A DNA stretch of 64,000 nucleotides from Candidatus Latescibacterota bacterium (GTDB lineage Bacteria; Latescibacterota; UBA2968; UBA8231), in NCBI GenBank assembly GCA_965248265.1, contig CBDFJF010000001.1, positions 1,216,001 to 1,280,000 of the forward strand, read 5' to 3'. This document shows, piece after piece, positions 41,154 through 50,070 of this stretch. The stretch's first letter is position 1; each line of letters starts with the position of its first letter. The notes beneath the pieces are model-generated. The model worked only from the letters and a program-made list of their open reading frames with translations. It was not told the DNA's origin and did not search any database. Position numbers and translations under genes: made by a program.

Positions 41154-41737
41154 CTAGACTCTGCCTCCCGACGCCTGAGTTCTGCCGCCTGCTTCTTGTA
41201 TTCAGTCACCATCTCAGTCAGTCCTCCCACCTCGATATCCAGCTCGCTGATCGACCGAGTCAGCAATTCCAACTGATTCGCTGCCACGTTACGTCCCTCG
41301 CGCATGCGATGCATACGTTGCTGCAACTGAAGGTCACCGCCCAGTTGCACCTTGGCCAGATCTTCCAACACCTCCAGCTGGATTTCCAGAGCGTCGTTCT
41401 TGTCAGACCATTCCTGCCGCGCCGTCGTCAGTTTTTCCCGCTCTTCGGACAGGTCGTCGATCCTGTCTCTGATGATGTCGGCCTTCTCCATGATATCTTC
41501 AGGTCCGTCCAGTCTCCGTAACTGGATCGCCCGGCTCAAATCGGTCCAGGTTTTCCAAATGTAGGCCGGGTCGACGAACGTCGCCGCCGACACCGAGTCC
41601 TGGGCGGTCGTATCCTTGAAAGCGGTCACCGTGTCCACCTCTGCTTGGACGGACTCGGTCTCACCTTGACCCAGCGCCCCGGAGGGAACCGCAGCGAATA
41701 AAGACAGACAGACGAGAAGGGCGAATCGTGCCTGCAT
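41150..41737 (-). CDS. Exported coiled-coil hypothetical protein
   Basis: Signal peptide, DGPEDIMEKADII motif, heptad-rich; overlaps the barrel gene start. Confidence 0.7.
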   Translation of the reverse strand: MQARFALLVCLSLFAAVPSGALGQGETESVQAEVDTVTAFKDTTAQDSVSAATFVDPAYIWKTWTDLSRAIQLRRLDGPEDIMEKADIIRDRIDDLSEEREKLTTARQEWSDKNDALEIQLEVLEDLAKVQLGGDLQLQQRMHRMREGRNVAANQLELLTRSISELDIEVGGLTEMVTEYKKQAAELRRREAESR

Positions 41738-41809
41738 GTTCAGTTTTTGGTAGAGTCCATCCTCCTGTTTGGTGCTGTCGGCGAAGACATCAGGCAATGC
41801 CGTGCGACA

Positions 41810-41825
41810 TGGCATGCTCATTGCA
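41810..41825 (+). promoter_or_regulatory. Candidate sigma-54 promoter facing the TCS operon
   Basis: TGGCATG-CTCA-TTGCA. Confidence 0.5.
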
Positions 41826-41833
41826 CCTGAACT

Positions 41834-41849
41834 TGCAAGATTTGTGCCA
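41834..41849 (-). promoter_or_regulatory. Sigma-54 promoter of the coiled-coil/barrel operon
   Basis: Minus strand TGGCACA-AATC-TTGCA, near consensus. Confidence 0.82.
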
Positions 41850-41962
41850 TCTTCGTGTCATCTGTGTGTCGGGGTTCATTGACGGATGACCCGTGTCAGA
41901 GAAGGAGGAGACCTCTGCCCCGGTACCTGCAGGCTGTGGTTGGAACCTCGAGCCATCTAAAT

Positions 41963-42007
41963 GCTGAAAATTGAGCGCTCAAATATGCGCGTCGCTGATT
42001 ATTCACC
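41963..42007. promoter_or_regulatory. Enhancer (UAS) triplet 2
   Basis: GCTGAAAATTGAGC, GCTCAAATATGCGC, 3 nt, GCTGATTATTCACC. Confidence 0.7.
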
Positions 42008-42023
42008 GGGGAAATGTCTCGTC

Positions 42024-42752
42024 ATGGACGCAGAAAGCGATGTTTTCGACCTTCTGACCATGCACACGAGCAAAATCCTGGAGGCAGATCATTTCCAATA
42101 CCGTTGTCTGGACCCGGATGGTGGACAAACCTCGGCTGTCAGCTTCCAGACCTTATGCCCGGACTACCACATCCTGGACCGGCTCGGCATCGTGTCCGTC
42201 CCGTTCGAAGCCGGGTTGCGCAGGACCGGCCTGGCTGTGCTGGCCTGGACTACCGCCTACTACGATGCCATGCGCGCCGCCCATCCGGACGGGTTCTTCA
42301 ACTACCCGCAGCATTACCTCTTCTACACCGAATCGGGAACGCTCACCGACAAGGCCCTGGGAAGCTGGGGGCATCTGGACGTCTGGCCGGACTGTAAACG
42401 GGTCGCTTCTCCAGACTCGGTGACCGGTATCGTTGAGAAGCTGTTCGACTACGAAATCAACCGCTTACTGTGGCCCCACTCCCTTTCCTCGGTAGAGGGT
42501 GAGACGCTACCAGACTATGTGAAGAGGATGCTGTGCACCCGGTTGAAGGCCGTCTATCTGTATGACAGCGACTCCCCCACATTCGAGATCCACGGAGCCG
42601 AACCCGCGGTACAATTGACGCGCGAAGCGCTCGAGAAGGCTGGCCTGGACGGCAGTAGTGACTCGTCAGAGGTATCTGTCGAAGCCTACCGGCAAATCGA
42701 CGTCGACCGCTTTCTCGAAACCTTCCTCGGTTCCGTCTTCGACCGATCCTGA
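42024..42752 (+). CDS. Hypothetical protein (start uncertain)
   Basis: Long ORF with gene-like codon usage ending 15 bp before the kinase; no motif recognised. Confidence 0.6.
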   Translation: MDAESDVFDLLTMHTSKILEADHFQYRCLDPDGGQTSAVSFQTLCPDYHILDRLGIVSVPFEAGLRRTGLAVLAWTTAYYDAMRAAHPDGFFNYPQHYLFYTESGTLTDKALGSWGHLDVWPDCKRVASPDSVTGIVEKLFDYEINRLLWPHSLSSVEGETLPDYVKRMLCTRLKAVYLYDSDSPTFEIHGAEPAVQLTREALEKAGLDGSSDSSEVSVEAYRQIDVDRFLETFLGSVFDRS

Positions 42753-42767
42753 CATCATCACATCAGC

Positions 42768-44228
42768 ATGTTCGCACGCCTGCAACAGTTCGGCCGCTCC
42801 ATCTTCCTCAAGCAGGTGCTGCTTTACATCCTCATTATCATGCTGATTTCCGGTGTCATCGGATTCCTTTTCTTTACTACGGCGCGGCAGCATGACGAGG
42901 AGGAGATCGGCCGCAAACTGCAGTCAGTCGCCCGCATCAGTGCGCGTGACACACCATTCGAGCGTCTCGAACTGATTCGCCTCGGGCATGACCAGACGCG
43001 CAACGTCCTGAACATGAAGAGTAAGCTCGAGGACATCCGTCAGGCCACGGGCGTTGCCAACATTCATGTGTTCAGATCCGATCGCAGCTCACTGCTGGAC
43101 CTGGATGGACGCTTTCGCATCGGTTCGACGCGCCGGTTACCCCAGTTCGATGCCGCACTCACCGCCGCGTTGACCACCGGTGAGCCGGCGCACTCCAAAA
43201 GCTACCGCAACGCTCGAGATGAGCTGATCATGTCGGCCTATGCACCGATCATGGATCTCGACGGACAACTGTTCGCCATCGTGGGGGTCGACGGCGGGGC
43301 TGGTGAACTCGCCATCATCGAGCAAATGGGAATCCGACTCTCCTGGATCACCGTCGTCGCCATCGGTGTTGCCTGTCTGCTCGCACTGTTCTTTGCTCGC
43401 AGCATCACCTCACCCGTGCGCGAGATCGCACACACGGCCGAGCGCCTGGGTCGGGGGGATTACCAGGCGCGAGTAGCGATTCGCTCGAGGGATGAGCTGG
43501 GGGTGCTGGCCGACTCGATAAACCGCATGGCGGAGGCGGTGCGCGAGCGCGACGCGGCGCTCAAGGAGATGGCGGCGACGGTCGCTCACGAAATCCGCAA
43601 TCCGCTCAACTCAATGAAGCTCCTGCTGTCCCTCCTGGATGAAGAGCTGCAGGAGGGAGCGACACCAGTATCGACACTGCGTACACTGGAGTACGAAATT
43701 GGCAAGCTCAATCGCTTCACAGAGGAGTTTCTCACCTACTCCCGGCCCGTGACACTCATTCGCGATCAGGTCGCGGTGTCCAGCCTTGTCACCTCCGTCC
43801 TCGACATGGCGGCTGCGGCTGCACGGGAAGCTGACGTGGCGTTGACCTATAATGCGGGAGACGATGACGACATCGAGGTCTTCGTCGATCGATTACGGTT
43901 GGAACAGACATTGCTGAACATCGTCTTGAATGCCGTCGAAGCGTGCGGTGGCGGTGGAGAAGTCACCTTGCGCGCCGTGAGACCACAACAGGACGGGTTG
44001 CAACTTATCATCGAGGATACGGGTTCCGGCCTGGACCCGGAGGTGTTGCCGCAGATTTTCGACCCCTTCTTTACTACCAGAGCTGACGGCACCGGGCTGG
44101 GATTGGCCAACGCTCTCAAGATCATTGAGGAACACGAAGGCTCCGTGCACGCAGAGAACAGGCCCGAAGGGGGAGCACGCATGACCGTATACCTGCCAGC
44201 CGATCGGCTGGTCTTTGACAAAGGCTGA
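42768..44228 (+). CDS. Membrane sensor histidine kinase with HAMP
   Basis: Two TM segments; DELGVL; AHEIRNPL; NIVLNA; DTGSG; FDPFFTT; GTGLGL. Confidence 0.93.
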   Translation: MFARLQQFGRSIFLKQVLLYILIIMLISGVIGFLFFTTARQHDEEEIGRKLQSVARISARDTPFERLELIRLGHDQTRNVLNMKSKLEDIRQATGVANIHVFRSDRSSLLDLDGRFRIGSTRRLPQFDAALTAALTTGEPAHSKSYRNARDELIMSAYAPIMDLDGQLFAIVGVDGGAGELAIIEQMGIRLSWITVVAIGVACLLALFFARSITSPVREIAHTAERLGRGDYQARVAIRSRDELGVLADSINRMAEAVRERDAALKEMAATVAHEIRNPLNSMKLLLSLLDEELQEGATPVSTLRTLEYEIGKLNRFTEEFLTYSRPVTLIRDQVAVSSLVTSVLDMAAAAAREADVALTYNAGDDDDIEVFVDRLRLEQTLLNIVLNAVEACGGGGEVTLRAVRPQQDGLQLIIEDTGSGLDPEVLPQIFDPFFTTRADGTGLGLANALKIIEEHEGSVHAENRPEGGARMTVYLPADRLVFDKG

Positions 44229-44231
44229 AAC

Positions 44232-45614
44232 ATGACGGCCATATTGATTGCCGACGACAACAGATCGACAACCCAGACCCTGAGTGCCCTCGTCGAACGC
44301 TGGGGTCACACCGCCCTGCCAGCCTTCGACGGCACCCAGGCACTGGCGTTGTTGGAAGCGGAGACCGTCGACATTCTGTTGACTGACTTGCGCATGCCGA
44401 ACCTCGACGGCATGGAATTGTTGACCATCGTCAAGGAGCGCTGGCCGGAGATCGTCGTCATCGTCGTCACCGCCTTCGGCAGCATTGAGACGGCAGTCAC
44501 GGCGATGCAGTCAGGGGCTTTTGATTTTCTCACCAAGCCCTATGACAGCGACGAGCTCAGAGTAAAACTCGCCAAAGCCGGGGCACAGCGTGAGATGATC
44601 GTGAAAATGGAGCGCCTCAACGCCCGCATCGCATCCTTCGAGGACGAGGCCCAGCTCCAACTGGGCATGGGCGAGATCATCGGCACCAGCCAGGCAATGC
44701 AGAGCGTCTTCGAGAACATCCGCAAGGTGGCTCCGACGGAATCCACGGTGTTGATCCAGGGTGAAAGCGGCACCGGCAAGGAACTGGTCGCCCGCGCCAT
44801 CCACAAACAGAGCCCGCGCCGGGACAAGGCCTTCGTTGCCGCGCATTGTCCGGCCTACGCCGAGGGGGTCCTCGAGAGCGAGCTGTTCGGGCATGAAAAA
44901 GGCGCCTTCACTGGAGCATATGCTCGCAAGATCGGACGGCTGAAACTGGCTGACGAAGGCACGCTGTTCCTGGATGAGGTCGGTGATATCTCGCCGGCGG
45001 TCCAGGTCAAGTTGCTGCGGGTACTTCAGGAGAGAGAGTTCGAACGCGTCGGGGGTACCAAGACCATCCACACGCAAAACCGCACGGTCGCGGCCACCAA
45101 TCGTGACCTGAGTGCCGCGATCGCCAGCGGCGAATTCCGTGAGGACCTGTTCTACCGGCTGAACGTGTTCTCGATCATGCTGCCACCTCTGAGAAACCGC
45201 AAGGAAGACATCCCCAGCTTGATCGAGACCTTCTGCCGTCACCAATCCGAGCGCCTCAACCGGCCGATATCCGGACTGTCACAACGGGCCGTCGAGACCA
45301 TGATGGCCTATGACTGGCCGGGCAACATCCGTGAACTCCAGAACGTGATCGAACGCGCCGCCATCGTAACCGAGAGTGGCGAAATCGACGTCGAAAACCT
45401 TCCCGTGGGCGTGGACGCAACGGAAAACCGCACACACGTCTCATTGCCAGAGGACGATGTCAACTTCGACGACGAGATGGAGCAATTCGAACGCCGGCTC
45501 ATCTTGCATGCCTACGAGAAGTCCGGCAAGGTCAAAGCCCGAACCGCCAAGATGCTCGGCATCGACCGCAATCGCCTGCGGTACAAACTGAAAAAGTATG
45601 GCATCGACGATTGA
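44232..45614 (+). CDS. Sigma-54-dependent response regulator (NtrC family)
   Basis: Receiver DLRMP..DG; GESGTGKE; [10 protein letters not shown]; WPGNIREL; Fis HTH. Confidence 0.95.
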   Translation: MTAILIADDNRSTTQTLSALVERWGHTALPAFDGTQALALLEAETVDILLTDLRMPNLDGMELLTIVKERWPEIVVIVVTAFGSIETAVTAMQSGAFDFLTKPYDSDELRVKLAKAGAQREMIVKMERLNARIASFEDEAQLQLGMGEIIGTSQAMQSVFENIRKVAPTESTVLIQGESGTGKELVARAIHKQSPRRDKAFVAAHCPAYAEGVLESELFGHEKGAFTGAYARKIGRLKLADEGTLFLDEVGDISPAVQVKLLRVLQEREFERVGGTKTIHTQNRTVAATNRDLSAAIASGEFREDLFYRLNVFSIMLPPLRNRKEDIPSLIETFCRHQSERLNRPISGLSQRAVETMMAYDWPGNIRELQNVIERAAIVTESGEIDVENLPVGVDATENRTHVSLPEDDVNFDDEMEQFERRLILHAYEKSGKVKARTAKMLGIDRNRLRYKLKKYGIDD

Positions 45615-45640
45615 AGCCCTCAACCCTGCGTCCATGTCCT

Positions 45641-45686
45641 GCCTAGAATTCAGCAGGTGCTGATTTCTTAGCGCGCGATTTTCGCT
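45641..45686. promoter_or_regulatory. Enhancer (UAS) triplet 3
   Basis: GCCTAGAATTCAGC, 4 nt, GCTGATTTCTTAGC, GCGCGATTTTCGCT (last box weakest). Confidence 0.6.
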
Positions 45687-45831
45687 CCGTCCGCCTGCTC
45701 CAAAACCCACGCTGCACCCTGATCGCTCCGAAATCGATCGGATAATTTCTCTCTCATCCTGTTGTTAATAATCGCTTTATAGGATACTGGCCCGTCTGAA
45801 TCTCAGTGTTGGGGTCAGTCTTGTTGTCGCG

Positions 45832-45847
45832 CGGTATGAGCCTTGCT
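45832..45847 (+). promoter_or_regulatory. Sigma-54 promoter upstream of the PAP2 gene
   Basis: CGGTATG-AGCC-TTGCT with correct GG-N10-GC spacing. Confidence 0.6.
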
Positions 45848-45927
45848 ATCGATACCTACCGTGGACGAGATCCGTTCGCCAAGCAAGGGAATTTTGATTG
45901 GAATGAGCTGGAGCAGGAGTCTCTGAT

Positions 45928-46632
45928 ATGATCGGAGCCGACACCGCCGTGATCGCACTCGCCCTGCTGCTGCAGGGCCCCGGTGTGGACCGCGATGCCA
46001 GGGACCTGGCCTCGCAGCAGAATGCCCTCATCGGAGCGGGCGGACTCTTGCTGGCAGCCGGAGCCTACGTAGCCGCGGACGATCCGCGCGACCAACTGGA
46101 AGGCCACTGGCTCACCGACAACCCCTCCAAACTCACCAACGTTTACGGTGCCAGCCGTTTCAACCTGCCAGCTTCGCTGAGCGTATGGACTCTCGGTACG
46201 GTGGGTCACAACCCTGGCTTGCGTGATCTGGGGGCTGATCTGACCCGGACCTTGACGCTGACTCAGTTGGCCGTTGGACCAATCAAACTAGCTACGCGGC
46301 GGCGGCGCCCCGATGGCTCCAATCGTCTCTCGTTCCCGTCCGGCCACACCGCCAACTCTTTTGCCGTGGCTCGCATGATCCAGCGCAAGTACAGCCTCAA
46401 ACTCGCCTGGCCGCTCTACGTCCTGGGTGGATTCACCGGCTCCGGCCGGGTGGCCGGCGGACATCACTACGTATCGGATGTCGTCATGGGGGCTGCCGCC
46501 GGAATAATCGTTGGCAGCACAGTCCGCATCCGCAATCCGGCTGCCACACGAGGCTCTACACTTGAAAGACTGACCTTCGTCCCCCACATCGGCGCGGGCG
46601 GTGGTTTCCTGCATCTGGCAGTGAGTTTCTAA
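45928..46632 (+). CDS. PAP2-family phosphatase
   Basis: K..TRRRRP, SFPSGH, GRV..GHHY.SDV. Confidence 0.88.
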   Translation: MIGADTAVIALALLLQGPGVDRDARDLASQQNALIGAGGLLLAAGAYVAADDPRDQLEGHWLTDNPSKLTNVYGASRFNLPASLSVWTLGTVGHNPGLRDLGADLTRTLTLTQLAVGPIKLATRRRRPDGSNRLSFPSGHTANSFAVARMIQRKYSLKLAWPLYVLGGFTGSGRVAGGHHYVSDVVMGAAAGIIVGSTVRIRNPAATRGSTLERLTFVPHIGAGGGFLHLAVSF

Positions 46633-46786
46633 ACAGGAATTGCGATGAAATCTCGATCCCGTGTCGGTCACTGTGCTGCATTCCGCGAGAAGCGTTCCCG
46701 CCTCAATATTGGGGATGCGACCCTCCCACTCGTGGGACTTCGCCCCCGGACCGGCCGCGAGGGCGGTCCGCATGGACCAGGGTGTC

Positions 46787-46802
46787 GGGCACGGGGCTGG
46801 CA
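46787..46802 (+). promoter_or_regulatory. Weaker candidate sigma-54 promoter upstream of the VTC gene
   Basis: GGGCACG-GGGC-TGGCA; AGGAG RBS and ATG 46845 follow. Confidence 0.35.
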
Positions 46803-46844
46803 CGCGGATCTCTTGTCCAGCTCCCGGGAACCAGGAGCAAGCAC

Positions 46845-47594
46845 ATGAAGCGCTTCAATCGCTTCGAACTGAAGTATTCCATCACGGCTGCTCAATGTGA
46901 AGCAGTAAAGCGCGACCTTGCCGACCATATGCTTCCCGACGGCAACAGCGCGGATGACGGCTTCTACGATATTGCCAGTCTCTACTACGATACACCGGAC
47001 CTGGCCTTCATGCGCTCCAAGCGTGAAGGCATCAAGTTCAGGCGTAAACTGCGCATCCGCCACTACGGAACGGCGGAGGGAGCAGCCGATGACAACCAGC
47101 CCGTGTACGTCGAGATCAAACAGCGAATCAATCGCACTACACAGAAGAGACGCCTGACACTGCCACTCCATGCCGCCTACGTGCTGTGCGACGGTCACCT
47201 CGAGGAAACCATCGACGACGCCACTGACTCGCAGGCAGCGGACGAGGTGCTCTTCCTTGCTCGCAGTCTGGACCTGCAGCCGACCTGTCTTGTGGGCTAT
47301 CGGCGGGAGGCCTTCGTGGGGTCACGCTACGAACCCGGGCTTCGTGTCACCTTCGACAACTCCCTCTGGGCGGCTCAGCCGGAGGGCGGCCTGTCACTAC
47401 CCGCAACGCGGCACGCGATGACACCTCCACAGGCCTTCTTGATGGAGGTGAAAGCCAATAACGCGGTGCCGGTGTGGCTGGCCAGCATGCTGGCGCGTCA
47501 CCAATGCACCCTCGTGAGGTACAGCAAGTACTGCGCCGCGGTGGCCCGGTTAGATGAGCTGGATCTGCTTGCGCTTCCCGCCGCAGCATCGTAG
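46845..47594 (+). CDS. VTC-domain (polyphosphate polymerase-like, CYTH fold) protein
   Basis: RFELKY, SLYYDTPD, RRKLRIRHY, YVEIK, YRREAF, LRVTFD, MEVK, YSKYC. Confidence 0.9.
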   Translation: MKRFNRFELKYSITAAQCEAVKRDLADHMLPDGNSADDGFYDIASLYYDTPDLAFMRSKREGIKFRRKLRIRHYGTAEGAADDNQPVYVEIKQRINRTTQKRRLTLPLHAAYVLCDGHLEETIDDATDSQAADEVLFLARSLDLQPTCLVGYRREAFVGSRYEPGLRVTFDNSLWAAQPEGGLSLPATRHAMTPPQAFLMEVKANNAVPVWLASMLARHQCTLVRYSKYCAAVARLDELDLLALPAAAS

Positions 47595-47641
47595 CGATCG
47601 TTGATCGAGCCAGTACCCCTGGGAAAAGACAGAGGCGGAAC

Positions 47642-48337
47642 ATGGATGAGCTGATCAAGGAAATGGAACGTTTTCGCGACCTCACCAGCGTGTTCACCTT
47701 CACGGATGTCGCTATCGTGTTGCTGCTCAGCTTCGCATCATCGATGGTGATGGGCCTGGTGTATCGTGCCACTCACCGCGGCACCTCCTACGCACAATCC
47801 TTTGCGCAGACCCTCGTCATCATGGGTATGGTCACCGCTCTTATCATGCTCATCATCGGATCGAATATCGCGCGCGCCTTCTCCCTCGTCGGTGCTCTGT
47901 CAGTCATCCGGTTTCGCAACGCGGTGAAGGAAACCCGCGATATCGGCTTCATGTTCCTGGTCATGGCCATAGGCATGGCCTGCGGGACGCGGTTCTACAT
48001 GCTGGCAGCCTTTGCCACGGCGGTGTTCACCGTCGTTATCAGCGGCATGCACAAGCTGGACGTTTTCAGTAAACACGTGACCGAGCGCATCCTACGGGTG
48101 CGACTGCCCCTGGGTCGTGACAGCGAAGAAACATTGGAGCCGATATTTCGTGAGTACTTGACTGAGAGTCGGCTGGTGGCGATGGAGTCGGTAGCAGGGG
48201 GGGTCCTGCAGGAACTCGTCTACGTTGTTCTGCTGAAGGACGAGGGCGCTCCGGATACCTTCGTCGAGGCTGTGCGCACGGCTGCGAACAACAACAAAGT
48301 GGCTCTGGTAATGGGTCAACAAGAAGTGGATTTGTAG
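47642..48337 (+). CDS. DUF4956 membrane protein
   Basis: IGSNIARAFSLVGALSVIRFRNAVKETRDI, AIGMACG. Confidence 0.88.
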   Translation: MDELIKEMERFRDLTSVFTFTDVAIVLLLSFASSMVMGLVYRATHRGTSYAQSFAQTLVIMGMVTALIMLIIGSNIARAFSLVGALSVIRFRNAVKETRDIGFMFLVMAIGMACGTRFYMLAAFATAVFTVVISGMHKLDVFSKHVTERILRVRLPLGRDSEETLEPIFREYLTESRLVAMESVAGGVLQELVYVVLLKDEGAPDTFVEAVRTAANNNKVALVMGQQEVDL

Positions 48338-48358
48338 ATAGTAGTTCATCGGACCGAC

Positions 48359-48392
48359 AAAAAACGAGCCCGGAGTCTATTGATTCCGGGCC
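48359..48392 (-). terminator. Intrinsic terminator between convergent genes
   Basis: GCCCGGA..TCCGGGC stem with an adjacent A-tract (U-tract on the minus strand). Confidence 0.6.
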
Positions 48393-48417
48393 CATATGCT
48401 TTCTGCTTTGCGCTCCG

Positions 48418-48849
48418 TCAAACAGCCCCAAGCAGGGCCTGTGCGTCCTTTTTTCCCAGTTTTCTCACCTCGGCCAATGCGTGGCGATTGCTGCCTCGCG
48501 GTGCAGACCTTCCGGATTCCCAGAACACAACCGTGGTCGTACTCACGCCCAGCAGTTGACCCAGCTGAGCCTGAGACAACTTCATACGCTTGCGATGGTT
48601 TCTGATTGACGTCGGGCTGATGCGTACGGCCTTGGATTTCTCTTCCTCGAGACTCTTCCCGTTCGCCGCCGCTCCTGCCTTGCGCGAAGCAGTTAGGGCT
48701 TTCTGCAAACCGGCAACCTGACCGCGCAGGACTTTGATTCCACTTTTTAGATCTCTGATCTGCTTGCTTTGGACACTCGTCGCGAATTTAACCTCCTTGC
48801 GAGCGAGACGACGGATCTCCTCCCGGAGGACTGATGCAACATCTGGCAT
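48418..48849 (-). CDS. XRE-family HTH protein with N-terminal coiled coil
   Basis: MPDVASVLREEIRRLARKE; LSQAQLGQLLGVSTTTVVFWESG. Confidence 0.85.
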   Translation of the reverse strand: MPDVASVLREEIRRLARKEVKFATSVQSKQIRDLKSGIKVLRGQVAGLQKALTASRKAGAAANGKSLEEEKSKAVRISPTSIRNHRKRMKLSQAQLGQLLGVSTTTVVFWESGRSAPRGSNRHALAEVRKLGKKDAQALLGAV

Positions 48850-48989
48850 GTGATCGAATACTCCTCTAGTTTAGTAGTCAACTTAACAGTTATTGGGGCA
48901 CTTCCACCTTGAATAACATACAAATTGCCCTTAAAATCGCCAAAAAAAACGGCCCTCGAATCGACAGCCATAACTCGTAAAGGAGATCC

Positions 48990-50066
48990 ATGCTACCTGT
49001 TCGCATCGGAATAGTAGGCTCAGGCGCCATAGCCCAGGTCCATCATCTGCCGAATCTGGTGGCTCTACGGGAGGAATTCAGCGTCGAGATCCTCTGCGAC
49101 CTGTCACCAGCTCTCGCGCAGAGCGTCGCCGAGCGGTTTCATATTCCGCACTACGTGACCGACTATCGCGAACTACTCGCCGCTGACCTTGATGCAGTAC
49201 TGATCTGCTGTGTGGACCCCAAGACGGAGGTCGCGCGTGCCGCCTTTGACGCCGGCCTCCACGTTTTCATCGAGAAGCCGTTTTGCTACACCCTCGATGA
49301 CGCTGACTCCATCATCCAGGCTGCCAATGCCACCGGACGCGTCGGCCAGCTGGGATACATGAAGGTATTTGACCCGGCGTTCGAGCTGGTCGAGCGGCAG
49401 GTACAGAGCATGGAGGACATCCGTTACATCCAGGTCAATCACTTGCATACCGACAACAGCCATCACTTGAGGCACTTTGACTTGGAGCGCGCCACAGACC
49501 TACCCGAGACCCACGCGAAACGCACTGAAGAGCTGCGGAAGGCTGGCCTGCAGGCAAACTTTGGAGATATGGCCCCAGAAGCGGAGAGAGCTTTTTACAT
49601 TGTGGCAGGCAGTCTGGTTCACGACCTGTACGGTCTGCGGCATCTTTTCGGCCCACCAGCGAAGGTCCTCAGCACTGAAATCTGGCGTGACGGCTACGGT
49701 ATCACGACGGTCCTGGAGTACGCCATGGGGGCACGTTGCGTGGCGACGTGGATCGAACTACCGCACATCCTCGAGTTCAGGGAGACCTTGGAAATCAATT
49801 CGGGTAGCCGCAGAGTCTCACTCTCCTATCCCACCGGCTTCGCACGGGGGCTGTTATCTGACGTCCGCATCGACGGGGTGGACGACGACGGACGGGCTTT
49901 CTCCAAGGAACTCGCGGTGGAATGGGAGAGCCCGTTCTCGAGGGAGTTGCAGCACTTCCACCAATGCATAACTGCTGGTACCCCCTGTCGCACTCCGATT
50001 GAATCCGGACGCCACGAGGTCTCGTTGACCATCGACATCATTAACCGCTATCTCGAACGGAATTAA
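48990..50066 (+). CDS. Gfo/Idh/MocA oxidoreductase
   Basis: GIVGSGAIA, HVFIEKP, GYMKVFDP, HDL. Confidence 0.9.
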   Translation: MLPVRIGIVGSGAIAQVHHLPNLVALREEFSVEILCDLSPALAQSVAERFHIPHYVTDYRELLAADLDAVLICCVDPKTEVARAAFDAGLHVFIEKPFCYTLDDADSIIQAANATGRVGQLGYMKVFDPAFELVERQVQSMEDIRYIQVNHLHTDNSHHLRHFDLERATDLPETHAKRTEELRKAGLQANFGDMAPEAERAFYIVAGSLVHDLYGLRHLFGPPAKVLSTEIWRDGYGITTVLEYAMGARCVATWIELPHILEFRETLEINSGSRRVSLSYPTGFARGLLSDVRIDGVDDDGRAFSKELAVEWESPFSRELQHFHQCITAGTPCRTPIESGRHEVSLTIDIINRYLERN

Positions 50067-50070
50067 AGCG

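Noticed and set aside
46798-46815. TGGCACG as the -24 box of a sigma-54 promoter
   Set aside because: No GC at -12 with that spacing; only the upstream register at 46787 fits, and weakly
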